Below are positions 37,361 through 47,088 of a stretch of 64,000 bases of DNA, one piece after another. Within the stretch, counting starts at the first letter, position 1. Each line of letters begins with the position of its first letter. Under the pieces are notes generated by a model that was given only the letters and a program-made list of their open reading frames with translations, did not search any database and was not told the origin of the DNA. The stretch is from a virus. The stretch lies in the IMG/VR virus record IMGVR_UViG_3300024265_000031. The stretch is one strand, 5' to 3'. A program made the translations under genes and the position numbers.

Positions 37361-37389
37361 ATTATAACATATTGAGACTGTTATGTCAA
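37361..37389 (-). promoter_or_regulatory. sigma70-type promoter for tRNA-Cys
   Basis: TTGACA-17-TATAAT, TG extension. Confidence 0.85.
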
Positions 37390-37407
37390 GCTAAAAACAA
37401 CTTTCTG

Positions 37408-37644
37408 TTATTGTCCTAAAATCTCAACACACTCAGGACAATAATGATCTTCGTTCAAATTTTCATCTGTAGCTGCGCAATGAAGACACCAACCATCTTC
37501 AAAATCATACAATAAATGCCAAGCGTCAATAAGTTTTTTTAATTCTTCTCGCTTTTCCCAATTCATCATTCCAGGGTCTTCAAATATCCAATCATTTACA
37601 AAATTACAAATTTTATGTTCATGTTCATGAATTTTTTTGCTCAT
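37408..37644 (-). CDS. Hypothetical zinc-binding protein
   Basis: AGGAG RBS; CLHC...CPEC. Confidence 0.68.
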   Translation of the reverse strand: MSKKIHEHEHKICNFVNDWIFEDPGMMNWEKREELKKLIDAWHLLYDFEDGWCLHCAATDENLNEDHYCPECVEILGQ

Positions 37645-37678
37645 TTTTTCTCCTGTTATATGATTATAGATGAAACAC

Positions 37679-37939
37679 TCATTTTATCTGTGGAACTGGA
37701 TTTAAGCATTTGCCAGACAACCATACAACAGATTCATCATGTAAAATAACTTCATAAACGCAACCCATATCATCATTCCAATAAGAAAAATCACCAGTTA
37801 GTCTGCATTCAGTTCTTACATATTCTGCGCTTGTATCGCCTTCAAAATATGCTTGTGTTGTTATTATTGCCTTCGTCCATGCCATTGTATGACTAAATTC
37901 AATTGCGTTTTTAGATGGGCATACCTTATTCATTGTCAT
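37679..37939 (-). CDS. Hypothetical protein
   Basis: AAGGAG RBS; flanked by sites. Confidence 0.68.
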   Translation of the reverse strand: MTMNKVCPSKNAIEFSHTMAWTKAIITTQAYFEGDTSAEYVRTECRLTGDFSYWNDDMGCVYEVILHDESVVWLSGKCLNPVPQIK

Positions 37940-37972
37940 AATAAAACTCCTTAAATGAAATCTGTCTTTCAT

Positions 37973-38284
37973 CTATCTTGATAATCCCATACATCCTATT
38001 GGATTACCATTATCATCGCGCACTAATTCACCTGGAGCATATAAATCAGGTCTGCTACAAGCATTTAATACTAATCGCGACACAATAAAAATCGTACCTT
38101 CTTCTGGTTCTGGAAGATTTTCCAATTCGCCAAAAGTTGTAGTTACTACAGGAATACCAAATATATCAGGCAATTCTGTTTTTGTTGTTGCTACACGTGC
38201 AATCTGTTTACAATGTGGTACAATTGCCAATATTCCTTTTTTGTCCATGATTGTTATATCGTGAGGGGTTAAATTTTTGATCAT
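37973..38284 (-). CDS. Conserved phage/archaeal-virus hypothetical protein
   Basis: NLTPHDI...LPEPEEGTIFIVS...RPDL..P..LVRD..G..IGC. Confidence 0.82.
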   Translation of the reverse strand: MIKNLTPHDITIMDKKGILAIVPHCKQIARVATTKTELPDIFGIPVVTTTFGELENLPEPEEGTIFIVSRLVLNACSRPDLYAPGELVRDDNGNPIGCMGLSR

Positions 38285-38544
38285 TATTTTTCTCCTTGTG
38301 TTATATCGAATCCTACTGATTTTCCAAAGTTAATTATCTTTTCAGATAAATGACCAACAACTTCAAATTGTCCTAGCTGACATTCATCAAACATAGCCCA
38401 ATTTTCTGACATAAATGTGTTAAAGTCTTTGTACGTATCAGAGTCAATTATTACAGTCTTTCTTGTTGAGTCCCATCTTGCCCATGCTCTGTTATCCCAA
38501 ATACCCCACCAAATATCTGTTTGTTCTCTCATTTCAATCTCCAA
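38284..38544 (-). CDS. Hypothetical protein
   Basis: GGAG RBS before MREQT. Confidence 0.65.
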   Translation of the reverse strand: MEIEMREQTDIWWGIWDNRAWARWDSTRKTVIIDSDTYKDFNTFMSENWAMFDECQLGQFEVVGHLSEKIINFGKSVGFDITQGEK

Positions 38545-38561
38545 TAAAATATGTGTTTTAT

Positions 38562-38873
38562 TTATACTAAATCTGTAATTTGTTCTCTGAATGCAGACAA
38601 CAAATCGTTAAAACTTGAATTATCACTGTAATCTATCATTACAGTGTTTTCCAATCGTTCTACTAAAATTGATTTTTGTTCTTTAGTCATTGCCCTGATT
38701 CGAAAATCCATAGCACATCCAGACAATCGATTCTGTTCAATCAGTTCTTGTAATCTGTTATCTGCAAGAAATTCTTCATGATCTGCTTTAATAATATCGT
38801 ATTTATCTATCAGATTACCATCAATCAGTTTTTTCTGTTCTTGTGTAGGTACTCTCATACTATCTTGTATCAT
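38562..38873 (-). CDS. Hypothetical protein
   Basis: GAGG RBS. Confidence 0.7.
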   Translation of the reverse strand: MIQDSMRVPTQEQKKLIDGNLIDKYDIIKADHEEFLADNRLQELIEQNRLSGCAMDFRIRAMTKEQKSILVERLENTVMIDYSDNSSFNDLLSAFREQITDLV

Positions 38874-38874
38874 G

Positions 38875-39081
38875 TTATCCTCTCAAATCATCTAAAAAAT
38901 ATTGCATTGCGGAATATTGGTCGTCTGTTAGCAGATTTGAAATGTATTCTGGCACATCATTTTTAACGTCTGCAACTGCTATGATTCTGGTATCTTTAAT
39001 AAAGGAAACATTGGTGGGAATTGTTTCCAATATTAAAACTTTGTTATCTTTGAATTGTATACTAATCATTTTGCCTCTCAA
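38875..39081 (-). CDS. Hypothetical protein
   Basis: GAGG RBS before MISIQ. Confidence 0.62.
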   Translation of the reverse strand: MRGKMISIQFKDNKVLILETIPTNVSFIKDTRIIAVADVKNDVPEYISNLLTDDQYSAMQYFLDDLRG

Positions 39082-39270
39082 TGAATTGTGGGTTTTATGT
39101 GTACATTGTCAATTCTGCGCGCAATGTTATAGCTGCATTTTTGGCTCTCATACATTCAGATTCTTTTCGCTGATTCTTTTGTGCCATTCGCATTAATTGC
39201 TTGCGTCTTTTTTGTTGTAGTTTATGAAATTCTCTTTTATGATTTTTTCTCATTGTTATGATCCTTCCAC

Positions 39271-39480
39271 TTAAACTTTCTTAATTCTTCTATTTCTTTG
39301 TGCATAAGTATTGAGTGTTAATGATAATTCATACTTATCTGTACATACATGCATTGCGGTACAAGCGAAGGCATTATCCCTGCTATAATTCCACTGTGTT
39401 CTCAAATACTTATAATGCTTGTGTGATTTTACTTTGTCTATTGCTTCATCTGCCTTTTCTCTGTTGAATATTGCCGTCAT
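39271..39480 (-). CDS. Hypothetical protein
   Basis: AAGGAGTCTAAAATG leader; promoter TTAACG-17-TATAAT at 39508-39536. Confidence 0.68.
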   Translation of the reverse strand: MTAIFNREKADEAIDKVKSHKHYKYLRTQWNYSRDNAFACTAMHVCTDKYELSLTLNTYAQRNRRIKKV

Positions 39481-39543
39481 TTTAGACTCCTTTTTTAGTA
39501 TAATATAATTATAGCACATTTGTCCTACAACGTTAAGCTAAAA

Positions 39544-39720
39544 CTAAATTCTTGTTATGGATGCTACAGTGTACCATGCTCCATTAAATAAGAATCTATC
39601 GCCTGTTATCAAATTTGAAATTTTCTTCCAATGAGACATCCAACAATTGCCAACGCGGACTCTTATACTTCCAGGAATTTCTTTAGGGTCAAACTGTGCA
39701 CTTACATAAATTTGATACAT
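39544..39720 (-). CDS. Hypothetical protein
   Basis: Same AAGGAGTCTAAAATG leader. Confidence 0.62.
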   Translation of the reverse strand: MYQIYVSAQFDPKEIPGSIRVRVGNCWMSHWKKISNLITGDRFLFNGAWYTVASITRI

Positions 39721-39972
39721 TTTAGACTCCTTGTATGTAATAAAAGATTGCTTTATTTCTTGTTGGATCCAAATATGCGCTGCCATACACACATATTTTT
39801 ATATTCTAATCTATACCATCTAACAGATGGTAGTATTTTGAAGGTAAATTTTCCTAGGCGATATAGAGTAATTTCTTTGCCTGCTTCGTCTGGTTGTTTC
39901 GTTTTAATTATTTTACGTTTCAACATAATTTGCTCCTCGTTTTGAGATAAAATATTGGTTTTATTGTGGATC

Positions 39973-41292
39973 TTAGGATATTTTCATGGCATTCATGATT
40001 ATTGCTGCGCTTACATCAGTACATGCCTTAACGTGTTGGTTTGTTAAATCTTCTGTGTCATGTTCTGCATGTGCTAATTCATGTAGAAATGTACTGATTG
40101 CGTCTTGTTTGTGATTGAGTCTTCTTACATTAATTCTGATTTTCTTTGTTATCCTGTCACAATCACCATTAGCAGATGGTAGTCGCGCAATAGAAATTTT
40201 ATTAGTATCAAAACCAAACTTTCTCGCGACTCTTCTTACTGCCTTAACTGATTCTTTCTGATATGGTTCAAGTGAATTATAACTTACATTGAAAGCCTTT
40301 TCCCCCATTTTTTCTTCAACGTATGATTCATCTGTTCCCACAATTTGTTCTAAAATCTGGCAAACATATGTGCCAAATTTTGATCTTTCTATTGGTTTGG
40401 CCTTTCTATGTTTTGCTTCGCGAGTGGCATTTTCTGTTGTTGATATTACAGCGTTTTTACCATAGACTGTTTCAAATGCTTCTTTAATTACATTATCAGT
40501 ATCTTGAGGAATTCTAGGAATATATAAATCTTTTTCCTTGCATCCAGATGCTACCGCTTCAAAGAAGAGAGTCCAAGCACTTTCACCATCAATATTTTGC
40601 CAAATATTACCTATACATTCCAGCATTTCCCAAATTGAAATAATGTCGCGGTCTCTGTTAATTTTGTTGGTGAAAATGTTATAACCATATTTAAAATCTT
40701 TTAAATCTTGTACATAAATTCCATTAACGTACAGTTTAGGTTTAATTGGTTGTGGAGGATCATCATCTGTTACATCATAAATAATCCAGCCATTGCGAGT
40801 TTTACATGCAATGTCAGATGATTCAGGATCAATTAGTTTATCCTGAAATGTTTCATATTCCCAATTATGAATTATAATTTTTGTTCCAACAAAAGGATCA
40901 TCATTTTCTGAATAGTATAACACAAAAGTTTCTGTGTCTGCAATTATCTCTATACCATTGGTAATATAGAGTCCATTAGTGAAAATTTCTGCTTCGAGTC
41001 CCATCCTAGTTATAACAAGCATTGCCAATTTTAAACCTTCTCCAAATTGGCCAATGGGGTTGTCTGTGGTTTTTTCAGAAATTCCTAATAACAATTGTTT
41101 AACTGTCAAACCACTTCCAGAGTCTTCAATCACTAAATTATCTCCCTTCATTTTTACTGAATATTCAAATCCAGTATCAATAGCATTGGAAGTTAATTCC
41201 CTTACAATTTCCCATGCTCCCCATGTAGGAACATAATCAAGACTCATTCCATATGAAACTTTTTCTGCTGGTTTTTCTAGTGTATTTTCCAT
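39973..41292 (-). CDS. GHKL (HATPase_c-like) ATPase fused to C-terminal HExxH metallopeptidase-like domain
   Basis: RELTSNAID, DSGSG, GQFGEGLKLA, GT motifs; TFLHELAH. Confidence 0.82.
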   Translation of the reverse strand: MENTLEKPAEKVSYGMSLDYVPTWGAWEIVRELTSNAIDTGFEYSVKMKGDNLVIEDSGSGLTVKQLLLGISEKTTDNPIGQFGEGLKLAMLVITRMGLEAEIFTNGLYITNGIEIIADTETFVLYYSENDDPFVGTKIIIHNWEYETFQDKLIDPESSDIACKTRNGWIIYDVTDDDPPQPIKPKLYVNGIYVQDLKDFKYGYNIFTNKINRDRDIISIWEMLECIGNIWQNIDGESAWTLFFEAVASGCKEKDLYIPRIPQDTDNVIKEAFETVYGKNAVISTTENATREAKHRKAKPIERSKFGTYVCQILEQIVGTDESYVEEKMGEKAFNVSYNSLEPYQKESVKAVRRVARKFGFDTNKISIARLPSANGDCDRITKKIRINVRRLNHKQDAISTFLHELAHAEHDTEDLTNQHVKACTDVSAAIIMNAMKIS

Positions 41293-41362
41293 TTTACTCT
41301 CCTTTTTTCTAGTATAAAAAACTCAATGAAATTACTATTTTATTGTATAGTTCTGTTATATA

Positions 41363-41391
41363 ATTATACCATATTTAATGGTTGTTGTCTA
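41363..41391 (-). promoter_or_regulatory. sigma70-type promoter
   Basis: TAGACA-17-TATAAT, TG extension. Confidence 0.75.
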
Positions 41392-43092
41392 ATGTAAACC
41401 ATTATCTTTATTTACCCAAAACATATTATCTTTGCTGCGCGTCATTGCCACATAGATAATATTTTGTTCTTGCTGTATATCTTCTTTGCTTATAGCTTTT
41501 GTTGATGGCATTAATTCTGGACGCAAGATAAAGATATTTTCTGCTTCTTTACCTTTTGCTTTATGAATAGATGAAAATCGTATGCCATAACTATCATCTG
41601 AAAACATCTCATCTATTTGAGATATTAATTCATTTACTGTTTCAACTTCTTCTGCTATTGCAGAAATTGCCAATATATTGTCTTCTAGATTCTCTAATTT
41701 TCTGTCAGTATCATTGTCATTTTTTGCAATGATAATATCTCTTCTTTTCATATGATGGTCATCTAGCACTTGCCAAAACTTTTTAATTTCCTGGATACTA
41801 GTATTTCCTATAGCCTGTTGAATTGTATTGATTAAACCTACTCCAATTTGTTTTCCCAAAACATAAGCTTTGATTCCCTTCTTTAATAATGAGAAACAAG
41901 GTTTCATTAATGGAGCATTCATTCTACAAATTGCTAAATCACCATCTTTAATGTGGGATAGCAGATTCGTTTCATTTATATATCGTTCTGATCCTTCTTT
42001 TGCTCCTGAAAAAGTTTGAAATTTTATGTGGTTAAATTCCCTGTTTACTGCCGCGACTACTGCCTTACTACATCTAAAACATACAGTTAATGGCATAATA
42101 TCTGCCTGAAGTTTTTCAATCAACAATGGTATCGCGTTAGTATCTGCACCGCGAAAACCATATATACTTTGATATTCATCTCCTACCGCGATAATTCTAC
42201 CATTTTCTGTTAGACTATTCATTGCAAAATGAATTTGTGCTAGAGTAAAATCTTGTACTTCGTCTAGCATAAGTACATCAAATTTTCTGCATGATACCCC
42301 ATGCATTCCTGTTGCACAGAATAGGATAACATCTGAAAAATCTACATCTCTTTGAATTAGATTCCCATCTTTATCTAACATTTCAATTGATGTGTAGAAA
42401 ATCTCATTGATTCCCCCATAAATCGTTTCTAAATACGGACTGTCAAAATCCACATTGTATTTAGAGCATACCATGTCAATGTTTTCTTCTGTTGGATATA
42501 GAAGTTTTCCCTTCAATAAATTTATGACATGCTTCATTTTAAATATGTTCTTTTTTACTTCTTTTGCTTTTCCCTTATCATCAAAATCTTTTATTCTTTC
42601 CCTAATAAGATTTTGTATCTTGTATTTTTGAATTTGAATTTCCTTGCCTAGTGTTGCTCTTACATTTTTTAATGCTAGAGAATGAGTAGTGGAATTATAA
42701 ACCCATGCAGGAGTAATTTCTGCATTATCTTCTGCATTTTGAGTGTTGAAAACAATTAATCCTGCTTGAATATCTGTAGGCAAAAAATCAATTACTCCCA
42801 TTAATGTTGTTGTTTTCCCAGTTCCAGCGCGTGCCTTTACCACTAGATGATTATTAGTGGTTTGGATTCTGGTATAGATATTTGTTTGTTCAATTGTTGG
42901 AGGGAATTTTTTTCTTTCCACCTTAATTGTTGATTTTACTGTTTTCTTTTTTGAATAATAACTTACAGTACTACCAGAACATTTAGTTTTTGATTTAATA
43001 TGATGCCAATTAGAACATGCCCAAAACTTTCCCCCATTTTTTGATTTTAAAATCATTGGAGCATTGCATTTTTTGCAATTGGGTATTGTCAT
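41389..43092 (-). CDS. UvrD/Rep-like SF1 helicase with N-terminal topoisomerase-type C4 zinc finger
   Basis: ARAGTGKT, LDEVQD, GDEYQSIYGFRGA, FRC, SIHKAKGKE, YVAMTR; start at MTIPNCKKC (GAGG RBS). Confidence 0.92.
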   Translation of the reverse strand: MTIPNCKKCNAPMILKSKNGGKFWACSNWHHIKSKTKCSGSTVSYYSKKKTVKSTIKVERKKFPPTIEQTNIYTRIQTTNNHLVVKARAGTGKTTTLMGVIDFLPTDIQAGLIVFNTQNAEDNAEITPAWVYNSTTHSLALKNVRATLGKEIQIQKYKIQNLIRERIKDFDDKGKAKEVKKNIFKMKHVINLLKGKLLYPTEENIDMVCSKYNVDFDSPYLETIYGGINEIFYTSIEMLDKDGNLIQRDVDFSDVILFCATGMHGVSCRKFDVLMLDEVQDFTLAQIHFAMNSLTENGRIIAVGDEYQSIYGFRGADTNAIPLLIEKLQADIMPLTVCFRCSKAVVAAVNREFNHIKFQTFSGAKEGSERYINETNLLSHIKDGDLAICRMNAPLMKPCFSLLKKGIKAYVLGKQIGVGLINTIQQAIGNTSIQEIKKFWQVLDDHHMKRRDIIIAKNDNDTDRKLENLEDNILAISAIAEEVETVNELISQIDEMFSDDSYGIRFSSIHKAKGKEAENIFILRPELMPSTKAISKEDIQQEQNIIYVAMTRSKDNMFWVNKDNGLH

Positions 43093-43267
43093 TTTTTTAA
43101 CCTCATTTTTTTGTATAATTTGTCGATTCTGGTATTTTTGCCTGTTATTGGCGGCTACAGGAAAATTTTCTGTTATAGTGGAAAAACAGTTTTCTTGGGG
43201 AAAATGCAATCCCAAAATTTTCCTGTGGTCGCGCGGTAATAACGCGACAAACTTTAAATATACTTTA

Positions 43268-43296
43268 AGTATAGCATTAATAGTGGTAATTGTCAA
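43268..43296 (-). promoter_or_regulatory. sigma70-type promoter with about 170-nt structured leader
   Basis: TTGACA-17-TATACT, TG extension. Confidence 0.8.
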
Positions 43297-43361
43297 GTAA
43301 TAATGATTATTATGAATTAAATATTAAATATTAAGATCTGTAATTTTTGTCCAGTTTAAAA

Positions 43362-43493
43362 CAGCTCTCACACCTGGCAGAGCTGTAAGCCAGGTCGCAG
43401 CTCTCACACCTGGCAGAGCTGTAAGCCAGGTCGCAGCTCTCACACCTGGCAGAGCTGTAAGCCAGGTCGCAGCTCTCACACCTGGCAGAGCTG
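43362..43493. repeat. GC-rich perfect tandem repeat, 36-bp unit x 3.67
   Basis: CAGCTCTCACACCTGGCAGAGCTGTAAGCCAGGTCG at 43362, 43398, 43434 and partial 43470. Confidence 0.97.
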
Positions 43494-43595
43494 ATTAACC
43501 CATCGGATTAAAACGTCTTTAAACCCCATTTTAAGCGATTCTAAGGAGTATTATTGTCAATAACTGGAAACATATACCAGCACAGTCTTAAACGC

Positions 43596-43624
43596 AAAAA
43601 TCGCCAATTTTGCAATTGGCGATT
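43596..43624 (-). terminator. Rho-independent terminator after DUF262 gene
   Basis: AATCGCCAATT-GCAA-AATTGGCGATT followed by T run on minus strand. Confidence 0.75.
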
Positions 43625-43658
43625 CTTGTCTATGGATTCAGATAAAATCTGAATTTTA

Positions 43659-44888
43659 TCAGTCTAATTCATTGGTCTTAATCATGCCGGTAACATTGCC
43701 GCGCGGAGTAAAATCATTTACGGATTCTTCTTTGGCGGATTCTACTTTTGCCATTTTTTCTGTCATGGTATCCGCGTCAATAATTTCAGGTTCGCCATTG
43801 CGCGATTTATTGGTTTGTTTCTTTGGTTTGGTTTTTTCTACAATGGGCTTGGGTTTGTCACCATTGCCTGATAGAATCTTGCCAATTATTTCATGACGCT
43901 TGACAATTTGACCGTTTGACGCTGTAGCAGAAGAACAAGAATCGCCGTAGAAAATGCGCATATCGGACCGCGCATTGCGCAATTGCCCAAAAAATTCAAT
44001 GAGATAAAGAGTCATATTCTCACATGATTCTTTTTTCTCATTGCCTACCAGATTCGCAAGGATTGCTTCTACATGAGTCTTTTTTGAGAAACGCTTTACA
44101 CTTGCGATATCACTTTTTTCAGTGAATTCTACTGATACAATCCAGTACAATCTATCCAGTTTTTTCTTCAAATTGGCGATATCTTGCTTCGTCAATGTAT
44201 GCGCAATAAACCAGTCTATTGCCTTGCGCGAGGTATAGTCAAGGTTTGCGGATTCTTCGTTCATTGACATAATAGATTGTATAACAATTGACTCAACAAC
44301 CAAAGATTTAAACGGGTTGTTTTTCAAGTTTGCTTTGTCGTTCATAAAATCCCAAACCTTATGATTCACGCAAGAATCAAGGTCTAATAATTTGTCAACT
44401 ATTTCACCGCGTTTCGCTTCTAACAGAGTCAATGGAATTCCACCGCGGTTTATATCGATGAAATATTCTACTACTTCGCTATCATCGAGAGACAATACAA
44501 CCATCATGATAACAGTGTTTAAAAATTGTTCGCGTTCGCGTTCTTGCCAATCCATAACACCATTTCCATTAACATTGTCGTCATAGTCTGTAGGGGTAAG
44601 CAACCCATCATACAAGCTTGACAACGTGCGCGTCCGTTGCTTCCCATCTACCATATTATACATGCCATTATCACGTGTGGCCAAAAATAAACCAATTGGT
44701 CTACCAGTCAAAATTGAACGAACAAAATTATCAACTATGTTTGGTTTATTCCAGTGATTTTTATCAGTTCGCTGATACGCCATAGCGGTATTAATCCTTC
44801 CCTTATTGCGTAGGGCTAGATATTCCCTGACAGTTAATTCTACCATTTCATAATTTTTAACCATTGCGTTTTTTTGTGTTTCAGTCAT
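43659..44888 (-). CDS. DUF262 (ParB-like / GmrS-type) domain protein
   Basis: YQR..W, SIL.G.PIG, VDGKQR, F..IN.GG.PL motifs. Confidence 0.85.
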   Translation of the reverse strand: MTETQKNAMVKNYEMVELTVREYLALRNKGRINTAMAYQRTDKNHWNKPNIVDNFVRSILTGRPIGLFLATRDNGMYNMVDGKQRTRTLSSLYDGLLTPTDYDDNVNGNGVMDWQEREREQFLNTVIMMVVLSLDDSEVVEYFIDINRGGIPLTLLEAKRGEIVDKLLDLDSCVNHKVWDFMNDKANLKNNPFKSLVVESIVIQSIMSMNEESANLDYTSRKAIDWFIAHTLTKQDIANLKKKLDRLYWIVSVEFTEKSDIASVKRFSKKTHVEAILANLVGNEKKESCENMTLYLIEFFGQLRNARSDMRIFYGDSCSSATASNGQIVKRHEIIGKILSGNGDKPKPIVEKTKPKKQTNKSRNGEPEIIDADTMTEKMAKVESAKEESVNDFTPRGNVTGMIKTNELD

Positions 44889-45238
44889 TTTACCTATTCC
44901 TTATATGAATTGAATTATTGAATAAATTATGTACATCATTGTACAAATTGCGATTATTTCAGTATTATATTTTTTCATGTATTTTTTCCTTTTTTTGTAA
45001 AGTACTTTGAATAAAAATTAGTGATTAATTTCACTTTGATAATTTGCTATTCATACCTCTATAGAATAGCAAATTACGCAAGTAAAATCAAGGAATAATT
45101 TGATTTTTAATTTTGAGAAGTTTATACCTCAAAAACAATACTTGCCACAAAAACCAATTTAAAAAACCTGTAAAGATATCCCTTTTGTTTTTGCAAAAAT
45201 CAAGTAAGCTTACAATTGTTTTCATTATGATAAAATCC

Positions 45239-45439
45239 TTATTTTATTGGTGACAAATTAGAGTAATATCTATCAACACAAAATAGACAAAATGCTATAG
45301 CTTTTGTCAATGTGGGATATTTATTTACTACTTCTCTGTCATTGTATGTTAGGTGTATACCCCACTTTTCAACAGGGTTATATTCAAGATGAAATTTTAC
45401 CCCATCGATATAAATTATTCTATCATGTATTGCGTACAT
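45239..45439 (-). CDS. Hypothetical protein
   Basis: GAGG RBS; ends in palindrome. Confidence 0.6.
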   Translation of the reverse strand: MYAIHDRIIYIDGVKFHLEYNPVEKWGIHLTYNDREVVNKYPTLTKAIAFCLFCVDRYYSNLSPIK

Positions 45440-45644
45440 TTTATTTTGCCTCTTTTTTCTAAAATACTTTTGTTTCAGATATTATCTTAATACAAGAATA
45501 GCATACCACAAAAACCACATTGCAAATATGGCATTCCTTGTCATCGTAACAACCATTATTATTATATGTATTTTTCTTATTGTCAACATTTTAGACTCCT
45601 TTTGTCTGATTAAGATTTAATAGTTTGGGTTAAACCCTACAAAA

Positions 45645-45674
45645 ATTATACAATTGGAAGTACTGTTTTGTCAA
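45645..45674 (-). promoter_or_regulatory. sigma70-type promoter starting the long leftward array
   Basis: TTGACA-18-TATAAT. Confidence 0.7.
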
Positions 45675-45679
45675 GCACT

Positions 45680-47085
45680 CTATCATTGCATTTATACGAT
45701 ATGATATACTATGTCATATAGATATATATCTATATGTATTGTAGGATGATACTATACTATAGTGTATTAGTACTATAATACAGTATAGCTTATGCATATA
45801 TAGATAAGTATCTATATGTATTGTAGCATGATACCAGTATATACTAATATTAACTTAACTATAGTGTATAGAGAAGCCTTCTCTACCACAACAAGATCAT
45901 ACAATTAGAACATACATTCTATTTTACTAGGGATTCTCTCTTATAAGTGATTATTACTTCATTTAAAGGATTTATTTTATCTCAAGCATTTTTTATCCGG
46001 TAAAATGTATCCAACACAACAACAGTTTAAAACGTGTTTAAAGGTATCATACAGCGATTCTAAGTGATTATTTTACAATAAATGACTATAGGATATCAAT
46101 TTACTTTTTAATTGTACTCTGATTGCATTTTATGGTATCCTTGTAACGTATATGATGGTAATATACATTATGTGAGTACAATGTATATACATATGGTATG
46201 TTTGTGGTATATAATTTATAATGATATGGTGTATAGTTTATAGGGATATGATATAATGATGTATGATGTGATGTATATATATTTTTTTTTAAAATTAAAT
46301 TTATATTTTATATGTATACACTCAATAATCTTAAGGTTTATATTCAATTTTCTTTAATCCTATCACCAAACTATTCATTTATCCTTATTACTTGTTATTA
46401 TTATAATATAATGAGAAGTAATACTAGATAGAAGGGTGGTATAAATATTGGCAGTATCCCAAGAATTGACAGGGCCATCGGGCTATTTTACTCACACACT
46501 ACATTTCACATCATTTTTTTTCATTTTACAAATCACATTCCACTATTTATTCACTATGCAATTCTTCAGTCATAAATATAAAAATGGCATATAGAAAAAT
46601 AAAAAATAATAATAACTTATTCAATGACAATAAAAAAAGGCACTCATATAAATATTGAGTTTCTAGTATTTTTTGAAGGTATAATGTATACTGGGTAACG
46701 GGGAAGTTAAATAAAAAATTAAAAAAAAATACTAGATAATCATAATGATTATCTAGTATACTATAATGTCGAATAATAATTTAGTATTCTATATTATTAA
46801 ACAAGACTATTATATAGGTGAAGCAATTAAAAATGAAAGAGGGAAGTTGTTTTTGTGGCTACAGAAAAATAGGGAATTCTATATACCCTTCTTTTAACAC
46901 ATCTCAGAATATTTCTATAAAATTGAAAAATATTACTGTTGATAACTATATATTTTTTTGTGGATTCTAATAATTTTATAATTCTAGGGAACTTTTATTC
47001 TAGAAATTCACTAAGTCATGAAGCCGCGGGTTTACTACACTAGAATTATTGAGTTTTAGGGTATTTAAAACTAGTCAAATTCACA
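45680..47085. other. Long AT-rich non-coding region (candidate origin or packaging/terminus region)
   Basis: No ORFs of 60 aa or more; 26-bp near-perfect direct repeat 45727/45809; 31-bp palindrome 46729-46759; local skew switches. Confidence 0.55.
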
Positions 47086-47088
47086 TAT

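Noticed and set aside
39082-39260. Possible frameshifted gene across the 5-bp-core site at 39224
   Set aside because: An alternative frame looks protein-like but no homology evidence is available; too speculative
43362-43493. CRISPR array (36-bp palindromic repeats)
   Set aside because: Units are contiguous and identical with no unique spacers; no cas genes in the window
39478-45602. Identical AAGGAGTCTAAAATG leaders (about 39480, 39720, 45590) as a special regulatory element
   Set aside because: Adequately explained as strong RBS plus start context; only three short copies
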